In this document: positions 12,540-21,612 of the stretch, one piece after another | Layout: each line of letters opens with the position of its first letter | Position numbering within the stretch: the first letter of the stretch is position 1 | From: Deltaproteobacteria bacterium | GTDB taxonomy: Bacteria; Myxococcota; Kuafuiibacteriia; Kuafuiibacteriales; Kuafuiibacteriaceae | Reading direction: 5' to 3' | NCBI GenBank assembly: GCA_040218735.1 | Contig: JAVJQW010000049.1 | Coordinates: 128,001-192,000 of the forward strand | DNA: 64,000 bases | Translations under genes and position numbers: made by a program | Notes under the pieces: model-generated | The model's database searches: none | The model's input: the letters and a program-made list of their open reading frames with translations, nothing else | What the model was told of the DNA's origin: nothing

Positions 12540-13247
12540 ATGGGACGGTTCTTCGACAAACGCCGCTTCGCGGAGCGGCGACGCGCGAGCGCGCCACCGG
12601 ACGAGGTGGGGCAAGCGCTGTTGAAGCGGTGGCGGAGGGGCGATCCGAACGCATTCTCCGACATCTTCAAGACGTACCGGAGCCTCGTCTACGGTGTGCT
12701 CCATCACTTGCTGTCGAACGACCCGGAGCTCGAGGACGTCGTGCAGACCGCCTTCGTCGAGGTGTACCGGTCGCTGTCGAGCTTCGAGGGGCGCTCCAAG
12801 CTGTCGAGCTGGATCGCGCGCGTCGCGCTGCACACCGGGTATCACCACCTGCGTCGCCGCAAGAGCCGCAAGGCCGACTACGAGTCCGAGCACTGGGTGC
12901 CTGATCTCGTGGACACTTCGCCGCACGCGGATCCCGCGCGCCACGTCGAGCGTCAGGAGGCGATGCGGCGGGTCTACGAGATCCTCGACACACTCTCGGA
13001 GAAGAAACGCACCGTCTTCATCCTGAACGACCTGCAGGGGCTCCCGCAGGAGGAGGTCGCGGAGGTCGTGGGCGTCAGCATCGCCACCGTCCGGACGCGC
13101 CTGTTCTACGCGCGCAAGGAGTTCTGGAAGAAGGCGAACAAGGATCCGATCCTCGCCGACCTCACCGACGCAGGGGCGAACGACGCCGCCGAGTTGACGC
13201 GCGCCAAAAACCGTCCCATCGATCGCGGGGGCGGGGACTCGGGTTGA
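12540..13247 (+). CDS. ECF-family RNA polymerase sigma factor
   Basis: Region 2 ELEDVVQTAF...FEGRSKLSSWIARV; region 4 LSEKKRTVFIL...EVAEVVGVSIATVRTRLFYAR. Confidence 0.92.
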   Translation: MGRFFDKRRFAERRRASAPPDEVGQALLKRWRRGDPNAFSDIFKTYRSLVYGVLHHLLSNDPELEDVVQTAFVEVYRSLSSFEGRSKLSSWIARVALHTGYHHLRRRKSRKADYESEHWVPDLVDTSPHADPARHVERQEAMRRVYEILDTLSEKKRTVFILNDLQGLPQEEVAEVVGVSIATVRTRLFYARKEFWKKANKDPILADLTDAGANDAAELTRAKNRPIDRGGGDSG

Positions 13248-14329
13248 AGGTTGTCGCAGCGCTCCTCTCGGTTCTGTACTTCGGTGCGGTGATCACGCTC
13301 GTGGTGAAGTGGACGAGCTTCACCGACTACCTCGAACGTCCCGGTGAAACCTCCGACGCCGAAGCGATCGAGGTCGTCGTGGTCCCGGAAGGCACCACGG
13401 CCACCGACGTGCCCGGCCTGCTCGCGAAGGCCGGCCTGCTCGACGACCCGGAACCGTTTCAGCGCTACGTCGACGACTTCCACATCGCGCGTCCGATCAA
13501 ACCCGGCGAGTACGCGGTCACGCGCAGCATGACGCCGGTGCAGAAGCTCGGCCGTATCGAGAGCGGTCAGCTCGTCACGTACACGGTCGCGATTCGACCG
13601 GGGGCGACGGCGAACGACGTGCTCGGCGTGCTCGCGTCGCAGACGTTGGGTGACGAGGCCGAGCTCGCTCGACTCGTGCACGACGCGGAGTTCGCGAAGT
13701 CCCTCGGCGTGAACGGGACGTCGCTGGAAGGTTTTCTGTACCCCGACGCCTACGACCTGCCGCGCGGGCTCACGGCGAAGGCGCTCCTGTCGCAGCTCGT
13801 CGAACGACACCGGGTGGTCGCGGGCGCCGAGGTCGCGGTGGCGGTGCAGCGTCACGGGATGAGCCCGTACGAGATCGTCACGGTCGCCTCGCTGGTCGAG
13901 TCGGCCGAGGTGCCGAACGCGGAGCGTCGGCTCTACGCGCGGCTGATCCTGAATCGCTTGAAGCGAAGGATGCCGCTTCAGAGTCGGGCGGCGTACGAGT
14001 ACGGCGTGTCGCGCGTGGATCCGGCCAAGCTCGAGCCGGAGGCCGTGCGGCGGAAGCGTCGTCGTCGAAAGCGAATCCACCCGTGGGACACGTCAAAGAA
14101 CGCGGGGCTCCCGAAGACGCCGATCTGCAACCCGGACGTCGAATCGATCCGCGCGGTCGCGGCGGCGGCCGACAGCGAGGCGGTGTTCATGGTCCGGCGT
14201 GACGACGGGACCCACGTCTACTGCGCGGACTTCGAGTGTTACGAGGCGGCGCGGTATCAGGTGCGTGGGCTCGCGCCGCCGCCACCTCCGCCTCCGCCGC
14301 CCCCGACGGAGCCGGCGCCGACGCCGTGA
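13244..14329 (+). CDS. mltG: MltG/YceG-like endolytic transglycosylase (divergent active site)
   Basis: N-terminal TM, IKPGEY, SLEGFLYPDAY, ASLVE, NRLKRRMPLQS, GLPKTPICNP. Confidence 0.85.
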   Translation: MKVVAALLSVLYFGAVITLVVKWTSFTDYLERPGETSDAEAIEVVVVPEGTTATDVPGLLAKAGLLDDPEPFQRYVDDFHIARPIKPGEYAVTRSMTPVQKLGRIESGQLVTYTVAIRPGATANDVLGVLASQTLGDEAELARLVHDAEFAKSLGVNGTSLEGFLYPDAYDLPRGLTAKALLSQLVERHRVVAGAEVAVAVQRHGMSPYEIVTVASLVESAEVPNAERRLYARLILNRLKRRMPLQSRAAYEYGVSRVDPAKLEPEAVRRKRRRRKRIHPWDTSKNAGLPKTPICNPDVESIRAVAAAADSEAVFMVRRDDGTHVYCADFECYEAARYQVRGLAPPPPPPPPPPTEPAPTP

Positions 14330-15120
14330 GTGCGGTCGAAGTTCGCGGGCTGAAGAAGACGTTCCGTCTGCGCAGGAACAAGAAGGAGCTGCTGATGCCC
14401 TGGCGTCCGCGTCGGACGACGGAGGCGTTGGTCGGCGTGGATCTGAAGGTGGAGCGCGGTGAGCTCGTCGCGCTGATCGGGCCGAACGGCGCGGGCAAGA
14501 CGACGCTGCTCGACGTGTTGGCGACGTTGGTGTTGCCGACGTCGGGCACGGCGTACGTCGAGGGTTACGACGTGGCGCACGACGCGGTCGAGGTGCGGCG
14601 TCGCATCGGCTACGTGCTGACGGAGGAGCGCAGCTTCTTCTGGCGGCTGACGGTGCGCGACAACCTGATGTTCTTCGCGGCGCTGCAGGGGCTGTTCGGT
14701 GCGACGGCTCGGGAGCGGATCGAGTCGGTGGCCGAGAGCATCGGGTTGGTCGACCAGCTCGCACGTGAGTTCTCTGCGTTGTCGGCGGGGCAGAAGCAGC
14801 GGGTGGCGATCGCTCGGGGGTTGTTGCCGGACCCGCCGGTTTTGTTGTTCGACGAGGCGACGCGTTCGTTGGATCCGGGGCGTGCGGAGCGGGTGCGTCG
14901 GGTGGTGCGGCGGTTGGTGGACCGCGACGGCAAGGCGGTGGTTTTTGCGACGCACGACTTGGACGAGGCGCGAGATCTGTCGGACCGGATCGTGTGTATG
15001 GCGAAGGGTTCGATCGCGTGCGCGGGGCGCTTCGAGGACGTCGAGGCGGAGGCGATGGCGTTGTTCGTCGAGGAAGCGCAGTCGGAGGACGCGGAGCTGC
15101 ACGCGTTGTTGTCGTCGTGA
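14326..15120 (+). CDS. ABC transporter ATP-binding protein
   Basis: GPNGAGKTT, LSAGQKQR, LLFDEAT, ATHD; GTG overlaps the mltG stop. Confidence 0.95.
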   Translation: MSAVEVRGLKKTFRLRRNKKELLMPWRPRRTTEALVGVDLKVERGELVALIGPNGAGKTTLLDVLATLVLPTSGTAYVEGYDVAHDAVEVRRRIGYVLTEERSFFWRLTVRDNLMFFAALQGLFGATARERIESVAESIGLVDQLAREFSALSAGQKQRVAIARGLLPDPPVLLFDEATRSLDPGRAERVRRVVRRLVDRDGKAVVFATHDLDEARDLSDRIVCMAKGSIACAGRFEDVEAEAMALFVEEAQSEDAELHALLSS

Positions 15121-15935
15121 GGTTGCTTCGGCTGTTGTGGGCGTTCGTGGTGCGGGACGCGAAGATCGCGTTTTCGTATCGCCTGCAGTTCTTCTTTCAG
15201 TCGGCGAGTGTGCTGTCGCTGTCGATCACGTTCTTCTTCCTGTCGTTGATGATGAAGGGCGTCGAGGGGGGCATCGTCGCGCTGGACAGGTACGGCGGCG
15301 GGTACTTCGGGTTCGTCTTGGTGGGGATCGCGTTTTCGACCTACCTCGACGCGGCGCTGCGGACGTTCTCCGCGAGTGTGCGTCAGGCGCAGATCACCGG
15401 GACGTTGGAAGCGATGCTGACGACGTCGTCGCCGATCGGCGCGATGGTGTTCGGGTCGGCGCTGTACACGCTGCTCTTCACGACGGCGCGGGTCGGCCTG
15501 TTCTTGTTCCTGGGCGTCTTCATGTTCGGGCTGCGCCTGCACGGCGAGGCCTGGCTCGGCGCGGTGACGGTGGTCGCGCTGACGGTGACGGCGACGTTTG
15601 CGCTGGGGATCTTCGCGGCGGGTTTCATCGTGCTGTTCAAACAGGGTGACCCGGTCTCCGCGGCGGTGAACGGGTTGTCGTGGCTGCTGTCGGGCGTCCT
15701 GTACCCGAAGGAGATCCTGCCGGACTGGGTGCAGGACGTCGCGGACTTGCTCCCGATGACACACACGCTCGAGGCGGTGCGCTTGGCGATCCTGACCGGC
15801 GCGCCGCTCGCGGACCTGATGGGCGCGGTGACTTATCTGGGTGGGTTCTCGGCGGTGGGGATCCCGGTGTCGCTGGCTTGGTTTTCGTGGGCGGTGAAGC
15901 GGGCGAGGGTCGCGGGGTCGTTGGCGTCCTATTAG
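15117..15935 (+). CDS. ABC-2 type transporter permease
   Basis: About six TM segments, GTLEAML, SGVLYP, LPDWVQ, LPMTH; GTGA overlap with the ATPase. Confidence 0.9.
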   Translation: MRLLRLLWAFVVRDAKIAFSYRLQFFFQSASVLSLSITFFFLSLMMKGVEGGIVALDRYGGGYFGFVLVGIAFSTYLDAALRTFSASVRQAQITGTLEAMLTTSSPIGAMVFGSALYTLLFTTARVGLFLFLGVFMFGLRLHGEAWLGAVTVVALTVTATFALGIFAAGFIVLFKQGDPVSAAVNGLSWLLSGVLYPKEILPDWVQDVADLLPMTHTLEAVRLAILTGAPLADLMGAVTYLGGFSAVGIPVSLAWFSWAVKRARVAGSLASY

Positions 15936-15980
15936 CCCCAATGCGGTTCACTTGGCAGACGGCCTGCCACGAGCCCCAAT

Positions 15981-16127
15981 CAGGCGGCGAGGGGCGCCTC
16001 GCGTAGGGCAGCGCGCCGGCGCCGCGGAGCGACTCGTCCCTCGTGCGTCGTTTCGCCGGGCTGGTGAAGGAGGGGGTCCGCGGAGCGCAGTACTCCCAAG
16101 GACGCCCGCGCTCTCGAACACCGCCTG
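15981..16127. repeat. Multi-stem palindromic non-coding element downstream of the HNH gene
   Basis: CAGGCGG/CCGCCTG outer pair enclosing internal stems CGAGG..CCTCG, CCGCGGA..TCCGCGG, TTCGCC..GGTGAA. Confidence 0.45.
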
Positions 16128-16136
16128 GCATCGCTC

Positions 16137-17129
16137 TCACGAGCTGCCCTCCGCGCGTGCCGGTAGCGTCGGATGCGGTTCACGCCGAGGACGCTCGGGA
16201 CCCGCGCCTTGTCTGGGCTGGGTAGAGCGGCGCTCGTGAATCCTTCGAGCGATGAAGGCGTGACCCAACACCTCCCGCGCCGCGTGAAGGTTGTGCGCGC
16301 GACACAGTAATCGCAGCTCGCCGACCACGCTCTTGGCGCCCAACGCGCGGCCGCCCACGTGATCGAATTCGAGGTTCGACCGTTCGCTGCATCGCCGACC
16401 GTCCGGGCTCACGTACGTGCACTGCGCGCCGTCGCGTTCGACCACCGCGCGGCGCGTTGCCGCGGGGACGTACGCTGCGCCCGCCGGCGCATCCTCGGCG
16501 GGTTTCGATCGCGGACGACTCGTCTTTCCGTTCCTTCTTCGCTCCAACTTTTCCACGTACAGCGCAAGCGCCGCTTCGAAGATCTCCCCGATGTCCGTCC
16601 CAGGCGGGGTGAGCTCCTTGGCTCGATCCAACAGCGCCTTCGCTTCGGCGCTCCCGTCGAAACGAAAAGCGAACGTGTCGTGCGTTGCCGCCGTGACGCG
16701 ATCGTCAGAGCTCTTCGCGCCGGGGAATTCGGTAGCGATCAGCATCTCGACCTCGGCCTTGGACTTGTTCCGCGCCTGCTCGACGAGGCTGTGGGCGTTG
16801 TCGTCGTTCATGAACTTCGAGAGCTTCGCGACGCCGGTCATGTGCAGCTCACCGGTCGCGAGCAGCTCGAACACCTCGGGCACCCGCCGCGCCGCGCGCA
16901 CCACGGCGACGCGCCGGCACGCCTGGTCCTCGGTCAGCCCAAGCCCCTCGACGCAGAACCGAAACAGCGAGCTGAAGCCGCGTTCGACGTAGAGCTTGCG
17001 CCGCTCGATCTCCGCCATGAACCGGAGCGCCTGCACACCGCAATTCAGCTCCGCTCGAAGCGCCTCGTGAAGTCCGCTCAGGAGATCGTTCTGGGTCATG
17101 CAAGACAGGTTGCAAGCGTTCGGGCTCAT
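16137..17129 (-). CDS. HNH endonuclease domain protein with DUF222-like helical N-terminus
   Basis: RRAVVERDGAQCTYVSPDGRRC..LEFDH...LRLLCRAHN; N-terminal RGFSSLFRFCVEGLGL. Confidence 0.85.
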   Translation of the reverse strand: MSPNACNLSCMTQNDLLSGLHEALRAELNCGVQALRFMAEIERRKLYVERGFSSLFRFCVEGLGLTEDQACRRVAVVRAARRVPEVFELLATGELHMTGVAKLSKFMNDDNAHSLVEQARNKSKAEVEMLIATEFPGAKSSDDRVTAATHDTFAFRFDGSAEAKALLDRAKELTPPGTDIGEIFEAALALYVEKLERRRNGKTSRPRSKPAEDAPAGAAYVPAATRRAVVERDGAQCTYVSPDGRRCSERSNLEFDHVGGRALGAKSVVGELRLLCRAHNLHAAREVLGHAFIARRIHERRSTQPRQGAGPERPRREPHPTLPARAEGSS

Positions 17130-17470
17130 GCATCGAAGGTATCATCGAGCCCTCGAAACGCGATTTGGCGCGGCTCGAGGATGCCGGTCTGACACCTGCG
17201 AGGATGCACGCTATGGACCGTCAGCGCCCGGCGATGCGTCCAAGCTCGAAAACTTCGAAACGGACTGCGTTCGTCGAAGAGATGGTCCGGACAGGGCCTT
17301 TGATTCCGTCAACCCCCCAAAGAGAGAAAGAAGTTTCTTCCGCAACTCAACTTGCGCGACCGGCGATCCCCGTGACCAGCCGGCGAACCTCACACGTCCA
17401 TCGCAGCCCTCGACCGCCGCCGGCGCAATCATCCGACGCTGATTCCAGTGGTCTCGTTAAACGCGTCGAA

Positions 17471-17564
17471 GGCGGCACGGGTCACTCGCGAGCGAGGCCG
17501 CGAAGATTCATCTTCGTGGATGCCACGCCGCGAGCGCGACGTGGGGAGCATGGCGAGTGCCGCC
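17471..17564. repeat. Branched palindromic non-coding element upstream of the HNH gene
   Basis: GGCGGCAC/GTGCCGCC closing stem around three hairpins (CTCGC-GA-GCGAG; CCGCGAAGA-TTCA-TCTTCGTGG; CCACG..CGTGG). Confidence 0.45.
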
Positions 17565-17826
17565 GACCATCGGGCGGAGCCGACCGCCGTCCTCCTGTCT
17601 AAATGGAGCGCGGGCCGCACGGGCCGGCGGGGCACTTCAGTGTCGGGCGATGGCTCCAAGGTGCGTCGGGCGCGTCATCCCCCGCTACGGCGTTTCCAGG
17701 TGGCCAAATTCGCTAACCTAGCGTCATTGCTATTAGCCCCCGGCCGCGTCGGGCGGCCGCGGTACTCACTTGAGGTGGCGAGTCGTACTCAGCCAGGTGG
17801 CTGGTCTCGCCTTCGTGCGGGGGACG

Positions 17827-19350
17827 TCACCTCCCGACACCCTCCAGCTCCCTCGTCAGGGCGTCCACGCGCGCCGCGCTCACCTCGCGCGCTGCGCTCT
17901 CTCTAACGATCTGCGCGGTTACGCCCTCGATCCTCGCGCGGCGCCGACCGGTCGCGGCGTCGCGCATCTTCACCGCGCGTTGGTAGAGGTCGCGCAGGCG
18001 CGCCTTGGGGTCGAGCGTCGACGGAGGCTCGGCCGGCGGCTGAGTTTGGGGCTTGGCGCGCGACGTGCGGCGCCTCCGCACGGGTGTGGGTTCGTCGATC
18101 GGTGGCTCGCGCTCTCTAAAGAGTGGCTCCAGCGCTACGCGCTGCTCCACGCTCGGCGTCACGACCGTCTCCACCTCCACGATGCGCCCCTCGAACTCGA
18201 CCGGCAACGACGCCCACCAGGCGCCCGCGGCGATCACCAGGCTCACCACCGCCGCGGCGACGACCAGGCCTCCCCACCGCGACGGACGTGGATTCACCGG
18301 CTCCGCGGGCTGGCGCCGACGTCGGACTACCATCGTCCGCACCTGCTCCTGAGTTTGCGCCCGCGTTCGGGTGGGTTCCGGGGGCGGGGCCGTGTCTTCC
18401 AGCCCATCCGCGGTGAGGGCTTCGGTGAGCTCGTCGTGCTCCGCGGAGAAGTTGTTGCGCATCCACGCGCCGACGTCCGCCGCACTCATCGGCGCGTTCG
18501 TAGGTAGCGCCTCCATCAGTGCGCTCTTCAACGCCGCCGCGCTCTCGAACCGCTGCTCGGGGCGCTTCGCCAACGCCTTCGCCAGAATCGAGTCCACCGC
18601 GCGCGGGAGCGCGGTGTTCACGGTGCTCGCGGCGGGGGGTGGCTTGGAGATCACCGCCACCAACGCCTCGGCGTAGCCCACCTCGTCGACGAGGCGCCGC
18701 CCGGTCCACAGCTCGTAGAGCACCGACGCGAAGCTGTAGAGATCGCTGCGTGCGTCGACCGCGTCGCCGCCCGCCTGCTCCGGTGACATGTAACTCAAGG
18801 TACCCGCGATCGTTCCGGGTTGAGTCTTGAAACTCCCGACGTCGGCGCGCACCATCCCGAAGTCGATCAGTTTCGTACGCCCGTCGAACGCCACCATGAT
18901 GTTCTTCGGCGATACATCCCGGTGTACGACCGCGAGGTCCGAGCCATCGACGCCCTTCAGCGCGTGCGCGTAGTGCAGGGCGTCCAGCACGGCGTACGCT
19001 ACGGCCAGAGTGAGTTCGAAGGGCGGGGTGGGTTCCTTGGCGAGTACCCGCTCCAAGTCACACCCGGGGATGAGCTCCATCGCGAGGTACCAGCCGGCTT
19101 CGCTCCGGCCCTCGTCGATCCGGCCCGAGTCATGGAGGCGCGCGATGTTCGGGTGGTCGAGCAGCGTGCCGATCTGCGCCTCGCGCACGAACCGTTGCTC
19201 CGCGACCGGCTCGTCCGACCACGCTGCGTGCAGCACCTTGAGCACGCAGAACTCCGCCGAACGCTCCCGCTGCGCGAGCCACACCGACGCCATCGCGCCC
19301 GAGCCCAGACGCTCCACGAGCCGATAGTTCGGGACCTGCGGGGCGGACAT
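17827..19350 (-). CDS. Membrane Ser/Thr protein kinase
   Basis: LGSGAMA, VLK, HRDVSPKN, DFGMVR, GTLSYMSPEQ; TM helix; ATG overlaps the upstream stop. Confidence 0.93.
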   Translation of the reverse strand: MSAPQVPNYRLVERLGSGAMASVWLAQRERSAEFCVLKVLHAAWSDEPVAEQRFVREAQIGTLLDHPNIARLHDSGRIDEGRSEAGWYLAMELIPGCDLERVLAKEPTPPFELTLAVAYAVLDALHYAHALKGVDGSDLAVVHRDVSPKNIMVAFDGRTKLIDFGMVRADVGSFKTQPGTIAGTLSYMSPEQAGGDAVDARSDLYSFASVLYELWTGRRLVDEVGYAEALVAVISKPPPAASTVNTALPRAVDSILAKALAKRPEQRFESAAALKSALMEALPTNAPMSAADVGAWMRNNFSAEHDELTEALTADGLEDTAPPPEPTRTRAQTQEQVRTMVVRRRRQPAEPVNPRPSRWGGLVVAAAVVSLVIAAGAWWASLPVEFEGRIVEVETVVTPSVEQRVALEPLFREREPPIDEPTPVRRRRTSRAKPQTQPPAEPPSTLDPKARLRDLYQRAVKMRDAATGRRRARIEGVTAQIVRESAAREVSAARVDALTRELEGVGR

Positions 19351-20776
19351 CAGGCCCCCTCCGGGGGCGCCAGCCACTCCACTGCGACGCTGTCCCCGAC
19401 TGAGCTCACCACGACCAACGCGTCGCCGACCTCCACGACGAAGGCCGAAGCCTCCGCCTGCACCGAGACCCGAGGACAAACGGTCGAAGTGCCGTCCGTG
19501 ACACGGTGGTGCCACAGCGAACCACGTTCGACCGCCACGAAGCCCCCGACGATCGACTCCAGTGCCAACACCTCGGAGGACATCGACGACGCAATGGGCT
19601 CGGGCGCTGCACCGAGGCGGGTCGGGTGTACGGACAGGCCGCCGGAGGCGTCGCCGAGGATCAGCCCGAGCTCGGGTACAAACGCTATCTGCGTGACCGA
19701 CGAGGTCGCGGCGCGCTCCTGCAGCGCGTACGCGGTGTACGCGACGTTACGCTCCGGCGCGAACGGCCACAGCGCCGCGGTGTGTTCACGCGAAACGAAC
19801 GCCAGGTCGCTGTCGACGAAACGCACGGAGTTGTTCGGGGCGGGCGTGGTGAACGCGAGCGGTTCGTCGAGCGCGGGCGGCTCCCCTGCGAACGTATAGC
19901 GGCTCACGTGCCCGAGGAACTCCTTGCGCACGTCGTTGTACCGAGCGCTGAAGAGATCGAGGCGTTCGACGGGAGCGCGCCGCGGGCCGGTCAGCTCGAT
20001 CGCCGCGAAATCGAATGCCGAACGACGCACCTCGTGGACGCGCTCGAATGCGCGCGCCTCGAGGTCGAAGTCCGATCGGTACACCGCCCCCGGAGCGCGA
20101 TGGTCCGGGTGTTGGCGTACGTGAACCAGAGTGTTCGACCGAAGCCGCGAAAGATCGGTCCGATCCGACAGGGGCCGTTACAGACGTCGTCCCCGACGGG
20201 TTGGTCGATCGGTTGGATCGTCTCGGCGGTGACCGCGTACAGGGCGCCGCCGCGCAGCCCCACCAGGAGGGTGGTCTCCTCCCAGGTGCCTTCGGCGCCC
20301 AGAGCCACCGCGAAGAGCGGCGGTTCGGTTGATGCAATCGAACGCGTCGTCTCGACGCTCGACAAGCAGCCGCCGGGCGCCTCGATGCGAAGGTCGACGA
20401 TCGGCCCCGCCCACCGCTCGGAGAGCGGCGACCACGCGACGGGAGTCTTCTGCGTCTGTAAGCTGCGGGCCGGGGTCGGCAGGAGGCGCCCACCCTCCAA
20501 TGCGAGGTCCTGCAAGCCAGGTTGCAGCCCGAGCTCGGCCAACGAGCGTTGGTAGGCGTAGAAGAACACCTCGTTGGGCACGTTGTCGGGGGCGACCCGC
20601 ACCGGCGCGTCCACGAGGACACCGTCTTCGAAGCGCAACGCGTGCACCTGGTTACCCAGGACGAGGAGTCCGGCTTGGTGTTGCGGTTCGACGGGGAGGT
20701 CGAAGAAGGCGGCATCGGGCATCGAGCAGGCGGCGCAGGCGAGGGCCGCGAGGGCGCGGAGGTAGCGTGCGCTCAC
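19350..20776 (-). pseudogene. Putative lipoprotein (beta-rich) split by a frameshift near 20085-20110; may be a sequencing error
   Basis: VSARYLRALAALACAAC N-terminal half in one frame and VYRSDFDLEARAF...WLAPPEGA half in another; both outer ends overlap neighbouring genes. Confidence 0.55.
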
Positions 20777-21588
20777 CGGCACTCTCGCGCGTCCGCGGCG
20801 AAGCACAGCTCGACGGGGTCGTTGGGGCCCGAGAGGAGCAGCCCCGCGGTCACGCCTGCCGCGACGGCGACGACGACCGCGCCGGTGACGACCCAGAACG
20901 CAGGCTGTTCGACGAGGGAGACCTCTTCGTTCAGCGTGACCCGGGTCAGGGACTCCTGTCCGGCGACGATCCGCAACGTTGTCGTCGCGGGAGCGTGGCC
21001 TTCGGCGTGGGCCTGGAGCGTGTAGATTCCCGGTGGCCCACGGTAGAGGCGGGGCCCGACGGCGACCAGCTCCCCTGGCGTCACGATCTGAGCGCCCGGC
21101 GGGCTGACCGCGACGCGCGCGCGACCGCCTCGGACCGCGCCGTGGGCTGTGAGGAGCCCGACCGACGCCTCGGCGATCTTGCGCGCGAGCAGAGGTCCTT
21201 CCGTCGGATCGAGCGCCACGAGGCGATCGTCGGAGCGCATCGTGTCCGGATGGATGATCGTCAGCGCGACGCTCCACGGCTCGAGCTCGAAGTTCACCGC
21301 TGCGACGACGATGAGCTCGAGCGTGTGCTCCCGAAACACCCGCGCGACACACGCCGCGTCGGCCCCGCAGTCGCGCACCTGAGACGCGCTCATGGAGGGG
21401 CTCTGCACGAGGAGCTGGTTGTAGGAGAGCGGCTCGACGAGCAGCGGCTGGGCCTCGACGATCTCGACGAGCGCCGCGTAGATATCGGCGGACGTCGTCG
21501 GGGGCGCTTCACCCGCGACGATCGGGACGAACGCGACCTGGGGCAGGGTAGCGTAGAGCGTCGCGAGTAGGTGCACCATCGTCTGCAT
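20773..21588 (-). CDS. PEGA-like domain membrane protein
   Basis: VSPPGAQI...PPGIYTLQAHAEGH; C-terminal FWVVTGAVVVAVAAG TM. Confidence 0.7.
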   Translation of the reverse strand: MQTMVHLLATLYATLPQVAFVPIVAGEAPPTTSADIYAALVEIVEAQPLLVEPLSYNQLLVQSPSMSASQVRDCGADAACVARVFREHTLELIVVAAVNFELEPWSVALTIIHPDTMRSDDRLVALDPTEGPLLARKIAEASVGLLTAHGAVRGGRARVAVSPPGAQIVTPGELVAVGPRLYRGPPGIYTLQAHAEGHAPATTTLRIVAGQESLTRVTLNEEVSLVEQPAFWVVTGAVVVAVAAGVTAGLLLSGPNDPVELCFAADARECR

Positions 21589-21612
21589 CCTCGTACCGGT
21601 ATCGAGGCCTCG

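Larger units (their letters stand above)
15929..17740 (-). mobile_element. Candidate 1.8-kb HNH-carrying insertion bounded by the direct repeat CTATTAGCCCC
   Basis: CTATTAGCCCC at 15929-15939 (contains the permease stop) and at 17730-17740; one HNH gene and long non-coding flanks between them. Confidence 0.4.

Noticed and set aside
12700-12770. Phosphorylation-activated ECF (EcfK/EcfP type), suggested by the adjacent kinase
   Set aside because: Region 2.2 retains acidic ELED; no Ser/Thr replaces the DAED-type motif
9686-12904. 1072-aa plus-strand ORF and similar long ORFs (3263-5488, 21571-23835, 32265-34082, 36237-38369, 39954-42083, 46003-48795, 56505-58796)
   Set aside because: Antisense shadows of well-supported genes, expected at high GC3; no recognisable motifs
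17186-17194. TGTCAG (minus strand) as a PafBC/RecA-NDp-type DNA-damage promoter for the HNH gene
   Set aside because: No TANNNT at the expected distance downstream
17300-17312. FNR/CRP-like box TTGA-N5-TCAA
   Set aside because: Spacing is one base short of TTGA-N6-TCAA and it is not next to a respiratory gene
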